Source: the human T2T-CHM13v2.0 reference genome, Homo sapiens
Length of the DNA: 64,000 nt
Assembly: GCF_009914755.1 (NCBI RefSeq)
Contig: NC_060941.1
Strand: one strand, 5' to 3'
How positions within the stretch are numbered: the first letter of the stretch is position 1; each line of letters opens with the position of its first letter. Position numbers and translations under genes: made by a program. Below are positions 1 through 14,148 of the stretch, piece by piece. The notes below the pieces were generated by a model, which saw nothing but the letters and a program-made list of their open reading frames with translations, was not told the DNA's origin and did no database searches.

Positions 1-258
1 TTCACTCTCAGTACAGTCTTTAGTGAATTACATGAAATAGTCAACACTTTATTAGAAGATAGTGTTATAGTTTTAAAAAATTTGTGTTAGGTGATTTTGC
101 CCAACTGTAGGCTAATGTCAGTATTATGAGTACATTTAAGGTAGAGTAGGTTAAGCTATATGTTCTGTAGGTTAGTTGTATTATATGTATTTTCAGCTTA
201 TGATATCTTCTACTTACAATGGGTTTATCAAGACATAACCCTGTCGTAAGGTGAGGAA
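1..258. mobile_element. Tigger-family DNA transposon (MER47/Tigger5-like), truncated by window edge
   Basis: gattttgcccaactgtaggctaatg...acttacaatgggtttatc...cgtaag matches recalled consensus end. Confidence 0.65.
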
Positions 259-444
259 AAAACATAGTGCACATCCTGCAGATAAGGCGGGACTGTTGTA
301 TGAATAACGTGCTGAAGAAGCACAGAAGAGAGAAGTTCTTTCTGGTAGGCATCCAGAAAGTCTATGTAGGAAGAGGAATGACATCTTTCAGTAAAAGGAA
401 CTTGTTGTTGATCATGAATATGATAGATGAAGATTCCATTTGTT

Positions 445-635
445 TAGTATGTGCTTACTTTGTGCCAGATGTCGTCGTATATTTTGTGAATGTTACTACA
501 TTTGTTTCTCACAACCACATAGAGCATTATGATAACAATTTCACAGATAAGGAAACTAAGATACAGATAATTAATTTTCCTAAAGTCATATAAATTGTAA
601 TAGTTCAAAGATTGAGTCCAGCTCAACTCTGCTAG
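445..635 (-). mobile_element. MIR fragment
   Basis: gtgcttactttgtgccag...ttcacagataaggaaactaag core. Confidence 0.6.
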
Positions 636-858
636 ACACCCAGCACGTACATATTGGCTATAATTTCATTATACAGTCAAGTGGAGGGAGCTACATTTTA
701 TGCAGAGGAGAGAGCATAAATTGATAGCGGCCTTATAATATGTTTGCTTTTTGAATGTCATTGAGTAGTTTGGTGCTACCATAGTATAGGGGAGTATATT
801 ATTTAGGATTTTTATGGTTGCAAGTAACAGAAAATTTGAATCAGAATAGCTTGATATA

Positions 859-1299
859 AGGGGTTAGCAAACTTTTTCTGTAAAGTACCAGGTAGTAAGT
901 GTTAACTTATATCCTATGGTTTATTCCCTCTTGGTTTATAAGATAGCAGCCAGCATATTCAGGGGCTCCATTGATCTTTTCCCATGTTTAGGGAGATACA
1001 TAATCTTTTCCAGAATTTCTTTCTAATCACTTGAACTTAATCCCATCTTTGTTACAACTACTGAACTCTGCCATTGCAACACAAATACAGTAAATAATTT
1101 ATTTGCTGTTATGACTGTGTACTAATAAAACTTTATTTGTGAACACTAAAACTTGAATTTCAAATATTTTTTGAGTCACAAAATATTGTTTTAGTTATTT
1201 GCAGTCATTTAAAAATGTATAAACTATTCTGAGCTCTCCGGCTGTGCAAAAATAGGTGGCAGGCCAGATTTGGCTCGCAAGAGTGTGCTGACCTCTGGT
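859..1299. mobile_element. MER58B-like hAT-Charlie element, interrupted by a 150-bp local copy
   Basis: aggggttagcaaactttttctgtaaag...acaactactgaactctgccattg...ggcaggccagatttggc...gctgacctctg termini. Confidence 0.75.
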
Positions 1300-1619
1300 T
1301 TTTATGATGAAGATAATTTATTAGATTGTATAACTCTAGTCCAGAGATAGGGTAGTTTTCTTCAGTAATTCAGTGTCAACAACATCCTTGTTATGTTCCA
1401 TCTCTTCATATAATCTTTGAAAGTGTTAATTTATATCTCATGGTTTATTCCCTTCTGTGTTTACAAGATGGCAGCCAGCATATCCAGGGACCTACCGTCT
1501 TTGTCCATGTCTAGTGAGAGATAAAACCTTTTCCGGAAGTTCTTTCTAATCTCTATTGAACTTAATCCCATCGGGTTTCACCCCTGCCACTCCACAGAGA
1601 GAGACCATGCTAAACCATT

Positions 1620-2285
1620 TACACTGGCTGAATGCAGTGATCAATTCTCAATCTTCATATTACTTGACCTATCAATATTTAATATTTGATCTTTTCCACT
1701 CCATAAAACCCCTTCTTTGTTTCTATACTCTCCTTGTCTTGTTCCTATTCTCACAGTATTCTCCCCAGGCTTTCAGCCTCTACATGTTCGATTCCACACC
1801 AAGTCTTAGTCCTCTGACCTCTTTTCTCTCTTTTTGTGTCTCATTCTTGTATATACTCTTTCCTTGGGGATCTCATGCAGTTTCATAGTTTAAATGGGAT
1901 TTATTTACTAATGATTTGTGTGCCGATGGCATATCTATATTTCTATGCCTATTTGTCTAATAAGCATTTGAAACTTAGTATTTCCAAAACTGAACTCCGC
2001 ATAGTCTCCTCATCCCCAAATCAGTTCTTTTGCAGTCTTTCCTGTCTTAGTAAGTTGCAAGTCCATTTTTTAGGCCCAACATATTAGAATTGTCCTCAAT
2101 TTCTTTATCTTACTCTTCTGACAGCAGATTCTCTTTGCCATATCTTCAGAATATATCCAGAATCCAACCTCTTCTCACTACCTCCACTAACCACTTAGTC
2201 CAAGTGTTCATTCTTATTCTGAATTTTTGCAGTAGCCTCTTAATTGGTCTCTCTGCTTTGTCTACTTCTGCTCTCTTCCCCTTCA
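1620..2285 (+). mobile_element. L2 fragment
   Basis: cttcatattacttgacct (RT LLDLS region), tccaaaactgaactcc, aatatatccagaatccaacctcttctcact are typical L2 motifs. Confidence 0.65.
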
Positions 2286-2647
2286 GCAGTAGAGAGCCTT
2301 GAAAAAGAACACAGTTTTAAAGCCAGACAATTTTGATTTTAGTATTGCTACTTACTAGTGGTGTGATATTGGGAAAGTCACTTTACATCTCTGAATCTGT
2401 CTTACATTTAAAATGGTAGTACTACTTGTTTCATTGAATTATTATTAGTACTAAATGAGATAATGTTATAAAGATTTTACTAGTACTATATCCAGCAGAA
2501 ATGCCTAAACCAAGTCTAGCTCCTTTTCTCTTTTCTACCCCAAATAGAAGAGCTGCTCTTCATTTCTTCTGTTTATCAGAGTGCTTATGTAGCCATGGAA
2601 TATTTTAAGCATATACTTTTTCATACGTAGCCTTTGGCTCATAAATG

Positions 2648-2958
2648 TTGTTTTTGTTTTTTTCTTTTGAGATGGAGTCTCGCTCTGTTGCCAGGCTGGA
2701 GTATAGTGGCGCGATCTTGGCTCACTGCAACCTCTGACTCCCTGGTTCAAGCAATTCTCTTGCCTCAGCCTCCCGAGTAGCTGAGATTACAGGCATGTGC
2801 CACCATGCCCAGCTAATTTTTGTATTTTTTTTTTTTTTTTAGTAGAAATGGAGTTTTACCATGTTGGCCAGGATGGTCTCAATCTCCTGACCTTTTGATC
2901 CCCCAGCCTTGGCCTCCCAAAGTGCTGGGATTACAGGCGTGAGCCACCGTGCCCGGCC
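2648..2958 (-). mobile_element. AluS (Sc-like)
   Basis: Full dimeric Alu, poly-T at left, ends gtgcccggcc. Confidence 0.95.
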
Positions 2959-4140
2959 ATAAGTGGTCTTTAGTTTATGTTCCTGCTCCTTCCTTTTGTA
3001 TTTTCTTTATATTTCATTCATGTCCTCTAACTCATGTGTGCTCTTATTGGCATTAAGTGTATCCAGTTCTTGCAGATTTGTATCTGATTAGTAAAAGGGA
3101 CCAGAGTTCATACCTGAATAGTAAAACTTTAATCTATATGTATCCATTGTATTCCTTGTGGTTTTAATAACCTCCACCCCTCCTATTAGGGTTCTGTATT
3201 TTAGTTTCTAGAGTATTGAAGACAACCTCCTTCAACATTTTAATTCATAAAACCTAGTATTCTAGCAGATCATTTAGCTGAGAACACTAAAGATGAGCTT
3301 CGGCTAGATTAAGTTATTTTTCAACCGTCATGTTTTGATCCTGGATTGAGAGGAATAGTCACCCAGTTGCAGGAAATAACACATTTTTCTTGGACTTATT
3401 TATTCACTTTCTTATTAGACTTTCTCTAACTTAAATTCCTTCATAGGAAATCATTATATATGGAATATTCCTACATAAATGACATTTCTTTACTAGGACT
3501 ATGTTGGTGCCTAAATATAGCTGAGTTTAAAGCTGTCTACTCTGTGAGGTAAATTCTAATGACATTTTCCCTTTTGAAATAATGGGAAGAGAACAATCTA
3601 TTAACAGTATTTCTCAGTATTGAAATAATATTGTTTTATATTATTTATAAATAATTGCTGGATTTAACAGTATGCTGATTAAAAAAACAGCAAGTATTCT
3701 CTGATGTTTATCTGAAATCTAGGAAACCCCAATTGAGATGGGCAGCTAGATCTTTTTTTTATTTCTGCACTTCTTACATCAGTGGGTTGTCCTTTGTAAA
3801 GTTTATGATATATTTGAAGTAAGTCTTTAACTTAAGTTTGATGTGAGTAAGTTCTATCATCATGTACATACATAACTCTATTCTATTTCCTGTACTCTGG
3901 GGTAATCAGTATTATGCAAACATCTTCACTTTTTTTTTTTTTTGACAACTGAAGGCCTTCTGTTTTGTCCATAAATATAGATGCAAATATTATGTGAAGG
4001 AGGCCTTATCTGTAATGAAGGAATAGTGTTAAACAAGCAAAAACTTTAAAGTACTGTGTATCATTGCAGTCTTGCTTTTTTGAGTAATGGATTCCTAGAT
4101 TCTATGAGGATACCACAACCACTTTTAAAGAGGTTTCTAA

Positions 4141-4243
4141 GGCCAGGTGCAGTGCTTACGCCTGGGAGACCAAGGTGGGAGGATCACTTGAGCTCAGGAG
4201 TTTGAGACCAACTTGTACAACGTAGTGAGACCTCATCTCTACC

Positions 4244-4277
<34 letters not shown>

Positions 4278-4445
4278 TGCCAGGGGTGGTGGCTCCCACC
4301 TACAGTCCCAGGAACTTGGGAGGCTGAGGTAGGAGGATCACATGAGCCCACCCAGGAGGTCGAGGTTATAGTAAGCCATGATTGTGTCCATGCACTCCAG
4401 CCTGAGTGACAGAGTGAGACTCTGTGTTAAAAAAAAAAAAAAAAA
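4141..4445 (+). mobile_element. AluJ with A/(AT)n expansion in linker
   Basis: ggccaggtgcagtg...ggaggatcacttgagc; TSD-like gtttcta on both sides. Confidence 0.92.
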
Positions 4446-4644
4446 GTTTCTACACCATCTTGGGGCAGTGGTGATTTTAATTATTTTTTTAAAAATCTGT
4501 ATTTACTTCTACCTGAGAGCTAATGACGACTTTTATGATTAGTTTCCACTGGGGTAAGATGTAATTAAAGTTTCAGTCTTAGAGAATTTTTCAAACTTAC
4601 TGAAATTTTACTGTAATGTATTTCTGATTCATTTTTTAAAATTA

Positions 4645-4942
<298 letters not shown>

Positions 4943-5234
4943 AGGCAATTAAAACATTTTAGATTATGATTGTGTCAAAATTGGTGACTTTTTTTGTCTT
5001 AACATCATTGGTTTGCTGACTTGAAACTATTTCTTAAGCCATTTCTTATCTGTATTTCTCCTGTGGATTGTTTTGTTGAAACTCTGGCATTCTGCAGATT
5101 GCATAAATTTAAAATTATTGGAAGATTTGTTTTGTATTTATTTTTTCCCTTTTATTGTTTAGGAGAACAGTCCTGGTGAGGGGAAATGTCTATGTTTTAT
5201 TGATGTTACTTCTGACATAATTCAAAGGCAAGGA

Positions 5235-5380
5235 TTTTTTTGTTTTTTTTTTTAAGAGACAAGGTCTCACTGTGCTCACTATGTTGCCCAGGCTGGCCTC
5301 CAACTCCTGGTCTGAAGTGATCCTCCAGCCTCAGCATCTTGAGTAGCTGGGACTACAGGTACATGCCATCATGTCCAGTT
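5235..5380 (-). mobile_element. FLAM/Alu monomer
   Basis: agagacaaggtctcac...ctgggactacaggtacatgcc. Confidence 0.85.
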
Positions 5381-5669
5381 GAGGGCATGTTTTGATGTTA
5401 AAACAGAGAATGCAATGCATATATGCCATTTTATCCACATAGAAAAATAAGAAAAATGAAAATTTATGACATACCTGCATAGGAGTGTTGTTTATTATAA
5501 TTGACTCCCAAGTAAAAGAGAAGAAGTATACTTAAATTAAATGATCACAAGGAAGGAAAATTGACTTAAGACTGTATTTACACATCCTGATACCTCTGAT
5601 ATAAGATGCCATAGATTTCTGTTTTGTTAAAGTGAATCTTTATTCTACAATAATTTAGGACTTTATAAT

Positions 5670-7370
5670 TTTTTTCTTTTTATAAAAACTTTTATTTTAG
5701 GTCTAGGTTTACACGTGCAGGTTGATTTATAGGTGAATTTGTGTCATGGGGGTGTGTTTTACAGATTATTTCATCACCCAGGAACTAGGCCTTGTAGCTA
5801 ATAGATATATTTTTTTTCGATCCTCTCTCTGCTCTCTCCCTTCACCCTTAAGTAGGCCCCAGTGTCTGTTGTTTCCCTCTTTGTTTCCATGTGTTCTCAT
5901 CATTTAGCTCCCACTTATGAGTGAGAATGTGTGGTATTTGGTTTTCTGTTCCTGTGTTAGTTTGCTAAGAATAATGGCCTCTAGCTCCATCCATGTTCTT
6001 GCAAAGGACATAATCTTGTTCTTTTTTATGGCTGCATAGTATTCCATGGTATAGAAGTACCACATTTTCGTTACCCAGTCTGCCATTGATGGGCATTTAG
6101 ATTGATTCCATGTCTTTGTTATTGTGAACAGTGCTGTAATGAACATACATGTGTATGTGTCCTTATGGTAGAACAGTTTTGTATTCTTTTGGGTATATAC
6201 CCAGTAGTGGAATTGCTGGGTTGAATAGTAATTCTGTTTTTAGTTCTTTGAGGAATTGCCACACTGCTTTCCACAATAAGTGAACTGAATACACTCCCAC
6301 CAACAGTGTATAAGCATTACCTTTTCTCCGCAATTTGCCAGTATCTATCATTTTTTTACTTTTTTAGTAATAGGCATTCTGACTGTGTGAGATGGTATCT
6401 CATTGTGGTTTTGATTTGCATTTCTCTAATGATGTGATATTGAGCTTTTTTTTCCAAAAGCTTGTTGGCCACATGGGTATGTTTTCTTTTGTAAAATGTC
6501 TATTCATGTCCTTTGCCCACTTTTTAATGGGGTTGTTTGGTTTTTTAAGTTTCTTATACATGCCGGATTATTAGACTTTTGTCAGATGCATAGTTTGCAA
6601 AAATTCTCTCCCATTATTTAGATTGTCTATTTACTCTGTTGATAGTTTCGTTTGCTGTCCAGAAGCTCTTTTGTTTAATTAGATCTCATTTATCAATTTT
6701 TGCTTTTGTGGCAGTTGCTTTTGGTGTCTTTGCCATGACATCTTTGCCAGTTCCTATGTCCAGAATGGGATTACCTAGGTTGTCTTCTAGGGTTTTTATA
6801 GTTGCGGGTTTTACATTTGAGTCTTTACTCAATCTTGAATTGATTTTTGTATATGGTGTAAGGAAGGGGTCCAGTTTCAGTCTTCTGCATATGGCTAGCC
6901 ACTTATCTCAGCACCAATTATTGAATAGGACGTCCTTTCCCCATTGTTTGTTTTTGTCAGCTTTGTTGAACGTCAGATGGTTGTAGATGTGTGGCCTTAT
7001 TTCTGGGTTCTCTATTCTCATCTATTGGTCTATGTGTCTGTTTTTGTATCAGTTTTTGTTACTGTTTTTGCATGCTGTTTTGATTACTGTAGCCCTGTAG
7101 TATAGTTTGAAGTCAGGTAATATGATGCCTCCATCTTTGATATTTTTGCTTAGGATTTGCCTTGGCTATTTGGGCTCTTTTTGGGTTTCATATCAATTTT
7201 TAAATAGTTTTTTTCCAGTTCTGTGAAGAATGTCATTGGTAGTTTGATAGGAATAGCATTGAACCTGTAAATTGCTTTGGGCAGTATAGCCATTTTAATG
7301 ATATTGATTCTTCTGATCCATGAGCCCGGGGTGTTTTTCCTTTGTTTGTATCATCTCTTTGATTTCTTTG
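5670..7370 (-). mobile_element. L1 3' portion (old L1PA/L1PB), 5'-truncated
   Basis: ORF2 C-terminal peptide MFITALFTITKTWNQSKCPS...YYAAIKKN in ORF track plus L1 3'UTR. Confidence 0.93.
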
Positions 7371-8591
7371 GGAATTAATTTTTTTATGTTTTTTTTAAAA
7401 TCTGTTAAGAGATCTGGGTCATTGGACCTGTAGAATTTCCTTCAGTCTGAATTATGTTGTTTGTGTACTCAGACACAACTTAACATTTTCCCTTTGCTTT
7501 TCTTGAAAATCAGTAGCTGGATTTTGTTGAATATGCACTCAGGAACAATTAAACATTTTCTTCTGTACTTTGTTTTTCCTGAAAATTGACAGCTATATTC
7601 AGAAGTTTGACCAGATTCAGGTTTGGTAGCTTTGGCAAAGCTGTAGTTGTGTTCCTATCATCACTTGTTTTTACTCTCTTTTGATGTTTTTAGGCACTGA
7701 GCCCCAGTGCCTATACAGCTATTAATTCATTGCAAGTTGCAGAATGGTGATATTCTAATTCCATCTTTTGTGTCCCACTTATTATCCAAAATAATTTTTA
7801 GGGAGATTCCTCTTATGTATCCTTTGGCTATTAGTAATATAGGTAAGGCAGCATCAAAGCTTGATTTTTTTTTTTCATTTTCCCAGTTTTCAAGATAATT
7901 GGTTTCTTGTCAACCTCAGAATGTGGCCAGTTAGTGTTTTGTTTTGTTTTTTTGTTTTCTTTAAACATTTTATGATCTCCTGGCCAGTGAGACCCTCTTC
8001 ACTAACCTTTTTGACATGACCATAATTGAGAATAGTCTTGATAGTTTCCTTACTATTGGGGATGTCAGATGTTCCAGGTTCATTTAGTACATTTCCTTTT
8101 CAGACCAGCTAGTTCTTTAAGAAGTCCGGGTTTCTTTTAATGGAGAATGGCATTTCAAGATCACAACCTGGGCACTAGACATGTCCACTGCTACTGGATC
8201 AGTCTGTTTCTAGGCGTTTTCAGTGGATAGAGTTAGGATATACCTGTGATTTATAAGATTGTATTGATGTTTCCAATATAGATTCAGTATTACAGAATTT
8301 TTACTGTACTTCTGTACTACCTTCATAGCTCCTTTCTTCCACACTGAGAAATCTGGTTCGTAAGGGAAGATAGAAATAGTGTGTCCCATAATTACTCGCT
8401 TGCTTTATCCCTCCTTATATAGAGAGTGGTCTGAGAATATTACCACCACCAATTATTGAAATCAGTTAATTTTTGTTGTTGTTCATGCTGTCTCTATTCT
8501 TCCCCATTCACTTATGGTTGTACTGTACATGTATTGTCAGATCATGTAGTGATTACATACTACAATCTCTCTCTTTAAAAGTCCTCGTTTG

Positions 8592-8882
8592 GGCTGGGCG
8601 TGGTGGCCCACGCCTGTAATCCCAGCACTTTGGGAGGCTGAGGCAGGCAGATCACCTGAGGTCAGGAGTTCGAGACCAACCTGGCCAACATGGTGAAACC
8701 CCGTCTATACCAGAAATACAAAAATTAGCTGGGCATGGTGGTGGGCGCCTGTAATCCCAGCTACTCAGGAGGCTGAGGCAGGAGAATCACTTGCACCAGG
8801 AGGCAGAGGTTGCAGTATGCTGAGATCGCACCACTGCACTCCAACCTGGGAGATAAGAGCGAAACTCTGTCTCAAAAAAAAA
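8592..8882 (+). mobile_element. AluS
   Basis: Full Alu with TSD aagtcctc(g/a)ttt. Confidence 0.96.
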
Positions 8883-9335
8883 CAAGTCCTCATTTAATCT
8901 TAATTCTGGAAACAACTGCATATTTAATCTCACCACTAGTGCTTATTTTGATATCTTTCTAGTTATTTTGTTGGCTTAAAGTTCTTTTTCTAATGGAACT
9001 AGGAAGAACTAATAACAGTATTCACTGAGTTTTTACATGTTGATAGCAGTTTGTCTTTACCCCTTATACTTAAAGGTAAGTTTTACTGAATGTAAAATCT
9101 TTAGCTCAGATTCTTTGTGTATTTTAAATATCTTTTTCCATTTTATTCTGTTTCTTTTTCTTTATAAATCATGTTTTGGAAATGAGGTTTGATGTGTGCC
9201 TACAGTCCCAGCTACTTGGGAGGTGGAGGCAGGAGGTGGAGGCTCTTTTTGAGCCCAGGAGTTTGAGACCAGGGTGGGCAGTGTAGCAAGACCCTGTCTC
9301 AAAATAAACAAATTTAATTAAAATTTTAAAGATTA

Positions 9336-9650
<315 letters not shown>

Positions 9651-11016
9651 GATTACATGATAGTTTTGCTTAAATACTCAAATGATCCCCCCCTTTTTAA
9701 ATCCAGTAATTTTAGTAGAATTTAGTGCATTGATCTAAGTTGATAATGTCAAGTATACAGGGTACTCTTGAAATACATAGTTTCAAGTATGTGTGTGTGT
9801 GTGTTTATCCTTCCATGTATATATGTCTATGTATGCATATATGCATATTAACATAAATACATATATAACTAGGTGTATATATACATATATAAAACATACA
9901 TATACATGCAGGGTTTTTTTTTCTGAAAAGGGATCTTGAATTACAGTTTTTCTGTTCTCTCTGGTTTTCTTTAGAGATTCCTATTTATCCTTATGCTGGA
10001 CCATCTTTGCCTGTCTTCAGTATTTGTCACTTTCCTGCAAATCCTTTTTAATCCCTTTCTTCTCTTTATTTGTTAAAAACTTTCCTCCCTTTAACCTTCT
10101 CTTTCTCTTAAGATCATTTTGTTTATTTGATCTTGCGTTTCTTCTAGTTTAGTCTTCATTACTGAAATGAATTTTATTTATAATTCTTTTCTGATTTCTG
10201 TCTCTTCATTTCTGAGTTTTTCTGATTCTGATTTGTATTGCTCTTTGATGTGTTATCTAATTTTCTTAACATTTTTAGAACTTTTTGAAATTGCACATTA
10301 CAGTTTTGAATTGTATATTACAGCTTTAATTTTTTTTAATAAGCCTTTTTGGTGTAGTTTCATTGGAGGTATTACGATGCTTTTTATTCTCTTTCTTTCC
10401 TTTCCTGTCTTTGGGATTTGACCCTGATGCTTTCTTGTTGATCATTTTTGTTTAAAATTAGTTTACCCAAGTATGTATAAGGAGACATGTCATGATAGCT
10501 TTTTCTAACTCCACATAGCTTTCTCTTTTGTTGTTTTTTTGTGAAGTGTTACATTGCAGCTTGCCTTCTAGCACTGTTCTCCTCTTGTACTTTGATTTAG
10601 ACTTTCTCTTTTCTTTGTCCCTTTTGTCCATTTTCTGCTGAATTTTCATTCCACTTCTAGGACTTTCTTTTTAGCATGGAGCCGTAGCTTGGCACATCAG
10701 TTTCAAGAGTACACATGGCTAAACTGGTCCAGCCTCTTCTGAACTTTCTACTGCAGGCCCCATGTACTCATTTGTTCTTAGAGTGGGCAAACACCTTTCA
10801 TTGTCAGCTGGTGTTATCAAATTAATTCTTTGTATTTTCCGGTGAGTTGCATTCTAGTGATTGCCAGTTTCGTGGTCTGTCATACACCCTATTGCTCCCC
10901 AGCCCCCTCCTCCCCATTTTGTCTCATTTAGATGCTCATTAAGTTTCAGGTCTATAGCTGTTTTGTTTGTTCTTAGCAATACCCATTTATATTTTAGGGT
11001 TTGCAAGGATACCTTT

Positions 11017-11780
11017 TGTACAAAGGAAAATCCAACAGTATTCTTCTACTATACTCTTCATACAGAGCACTTCTGTGACCAGATGTGTGGGGGCATTTTT
11101 TCCCCACCACGCAATTCTTCAATTCTCTGAAGACACCAATCAGGTGTCCTATAATTCAATTCAATTCTGGCTACTTAGAGTTTAGAGTCAAATCCCATTG
11201 GTTAAGGGCTCAGTCCCACAAACATGACAGTCACTTCAGATGCCAGTTGCAAGTCTGAGTTTCTAGTATTTCTGACAAGGAAAAAAATTGGAGGTCCCCA
11301 CAACCCCTTCCTCAGGTTTGAGCATTTGCTAGAATGTCTCATAGAACTCAGGGAAACACTTTACACATGTTTAGCTGTTTATTATAAAACAATATGACTC
11401 AGGAACAGCCAGATGATAGAGATGCTTAAGGCAGGGTATTGGATAAAGAGCCCGGAGCTTCCATGCCCCCTTGGGGGCACACCACTGTGCACATATTCAG
11501 CAACCCAGAAGTTCCCAAACTCTGTAGTTCAGGAATTTTTATGGCGGCTTCGTCACGTAGGCATGTTGGACTGTTAATTAAATCTCTAGTCCTTCTCTCC
11601 TTCCAGGAGGATGGGGCATGATGGGCTGAAAGTTCCTAGCTTCTAATCATGGCTTGGTCTTTCTGGTGACCAGCCCCCATCCAGGAGCCCACCAAGAATT
11701 AACTCATTAGAACAAAGGACACTCCCGTCACCCAGGAAATTCCAAAAGATTAAGAGGCCTGTGTCAGAAACTGGGACAAA

Positions 11781-11837
<57 letters not shown>

Positions 11838-11934
11838 ATATATCTCTTACAGTATCACACTTCGTTACCCAGTATTGTGTGTGTGTGTGTGTAGAGATAC
11901 ATCTCTTACAATATCACACTTTGTTACCCAGTAT

Positions 11935-11965
<31 letters not shown>

Positions 11966-11987
11966 ATATATCTCTTACAATATCACA
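11017..11987. mobile_element. MER21-like solo LTR
   Basis: TG...CA termini with 4-bp TSD cttt; cacttctgtgaccagatgtgtggggg and ggcttggtctttctggtgaccagccccc motifs. One end is triplicated. Confidence 0.75.
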
Positions 11988-12006
11988 CTTTGTTACCCAG
12001 TATTGT
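11784..12006. repeat. Compound tandem repeat: 3 x [(GT)n + ~43-bp unique unit]
   Basis: agagata(t/c)atctcttaca(g/a)tatcacactt(c/t)gttacccagtattg occurs three times, each preceded by a GT run. Confidence 0.97.
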
Positions 12007-12434
12007 AATTCTTGTTCCTGGGTAGTTGTTTTACTCTCTGTTATTGTTCTGATGATACTTACGTTGGAATTTTGGAAGATCCAAAAACTGTTCCACTGCC
12101 ACTACCTTTTCACGATTTTCTCTATAATTTTTTGATGGCCCAGAGTTCTTAACTAAGGTGTCTTCCATCAGTGTCTGACATGTTTAAAATATGTGGGCTT
12201 TTATCTATATTCTGAGCTTTTAAAGATGCTGGACATCTACTGAGTATGTAATCTTCAATATATATATGGACAGGTTCTACATAATGATTGCTAATGCTGT
12301 ATAACTGTAAAATGACATGAATCAGTCATATAATTAATTCAAAGAAGTCTGATAGAATGAAAAAGTAAAAGTAATTTGGTTCCATTCAATTTGGGAGGTA
12401 TAAGAATTATAGTCTTTATATTAAAAAATACTGG

Positions 12435-12750
12435 GGCCAGGCACAGTGGCTCACACCTGTAATCCTAGCCGTTTGAGAGGCTGAGGCGAAAGGATTGCTT
12501 GAGCCCAAGAATTTTGAGACCAGCCTGAGCAACATAGTGAAACCCTGTTCTTTACAAAAATTACAAAAAAAAGTTAGCCAGCTGTCTTGGTGTGCCTGTG
12601 GTCCCAGCTACTCAGGAGGCTGAGATGAGAGGATCACTTGAGCCCAGGAGCTCAAAGCTGCAATGAGCCATTATCACACCACTGTATTCCGTTGTGGGTG
12701 ACAGAGCGAGACCCTATCTGAAAAACAAACAAACATACAAAAACAAACAA
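12435..12750 (+). mobile_element. AluJ
   Basis: Diverged dimeric Alu with (CAAA)-type tail. Confidence 0.9.
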
Positions 12751-13019
12751 TTATACAGTCATTTCACTAGGAGACTCTCAGAATTACTTTTAAAGTATCT
12801 CTTAATCTCTTAAGCTTGATCTAATATTGATACATAAATGCCTGTCCTATTCAATGATAAACTCCTTATAGAGCCTTTTTACAATTTTCCTTTTATATAT
12901 TTCCATCTTTTTAAATATATTCCTTTTCAAATGGTTGGAATACAAAAATTATTGTGGATTTTATTGTCTCTGGATAATCTATTAATCTTTATATACTGTT
13001 TATTGTATATTAAGTTATA

Positions 13020-14148
13020 ATTTAAAAATAAAAGTATATATTTATGACATACAATGTGATGTTTTGATATATGTATGAATTGTGAAAGGATTAAATCAAG
13101 CTAGTTAACCTGTCTAATGTCTCAAACTTTTTTTTTTTTGCTTTTTGTGGAGAATATTTAATATCTGTACTCTCAGCAATTTAAAGAATTATGCAGTGCA
13201 CTATTATTTACTATAGTCACCATTCTGTACAATAGATTTCCGGCACCCATTTCTCCTATCAAACTAAACTCAATACCCTTTGAGCAGCATTTCCCCGTTT
13301 CTCCCTGCACACCCCTGCTCCCTCCAAGCCCCTAACAACCACCATTCTACTCTGTTTCAGTTATTTTGACTTTTTTAGGTTCCACATATAAGTGAGACAA
13401 TGGAGTATTTATCTTTTTGTGCTTGACTTAGTTTACATAGCATGATGTCCTCCTGGTTCACCCATGTTGTTGCAAATGACAGAATTTTCTTCTTTCTTAA
13501 GACTGAATAGTATTACATTGTGTATTCACCCACACATTCACCACATTTTCTTTATCCATTCATTGGTTGATGAACACTTAGGTTGATTCCATATCTCTTG
13601 GCTATTGTGAACAGTGTTGTAATGAATATGCGAGAGAGTGCAGATATCTTTTTGACATACTGATTTAATTTCCTTCAGATATATACCCAAAAGTGGGAAT
13701 TCTTGAATCACATGGTAGTTTTATTTTAAAATTTTTAAGGAACCTCCATACTGTTTTCTATAATCGCTGTACTAATTTTATATTACTACCAACAGTGTAC
13801 AAGAGTTCCCTTTTCTCCACATCCCTAGCAACATTTATCTTTTGTCTTATTAATTATGTATGAGGTGGTAGCTTATTGTGGTTTTAATCTGCATTTCTCT
13901 GATGGTTAGTGCTGTTGGGCATGTTTATATATACACCTGTGGGCTCTTTATATGTCTTCTTTAGAGAAATGTCTATTCAGGTTCTTTGCCCATTTTTAAA
14001 TAAGATAATTTGTTCTCTTGCTATTGAATTGAGTTCCTTGTATATTTTGAATACTAGCTTCTTATCAGATGTATGGTTTGCAAATATTTTTTCCATTTTG
14101 TAGGTTATCTCTTCACTCTGTTGATTGTTTTCTTTGCTGTGCAGAAGG
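13020..14148 (-). mobile_element. L1MA-type 3' fragment
   Basis: L1 3'UTR/ORF2 end motifs (tccacatataagtgag, agaaatgtctattcag, ctttgctgtgcagaag). Confidence 0.85.

Noticed and set aside
11784-12006. CRISPR-like repeat-spacer array
   Set aside because: The 'spacers' are just (GT)n, the unit is an LTR/host junction, the DNA is primate and there are no cas genes.
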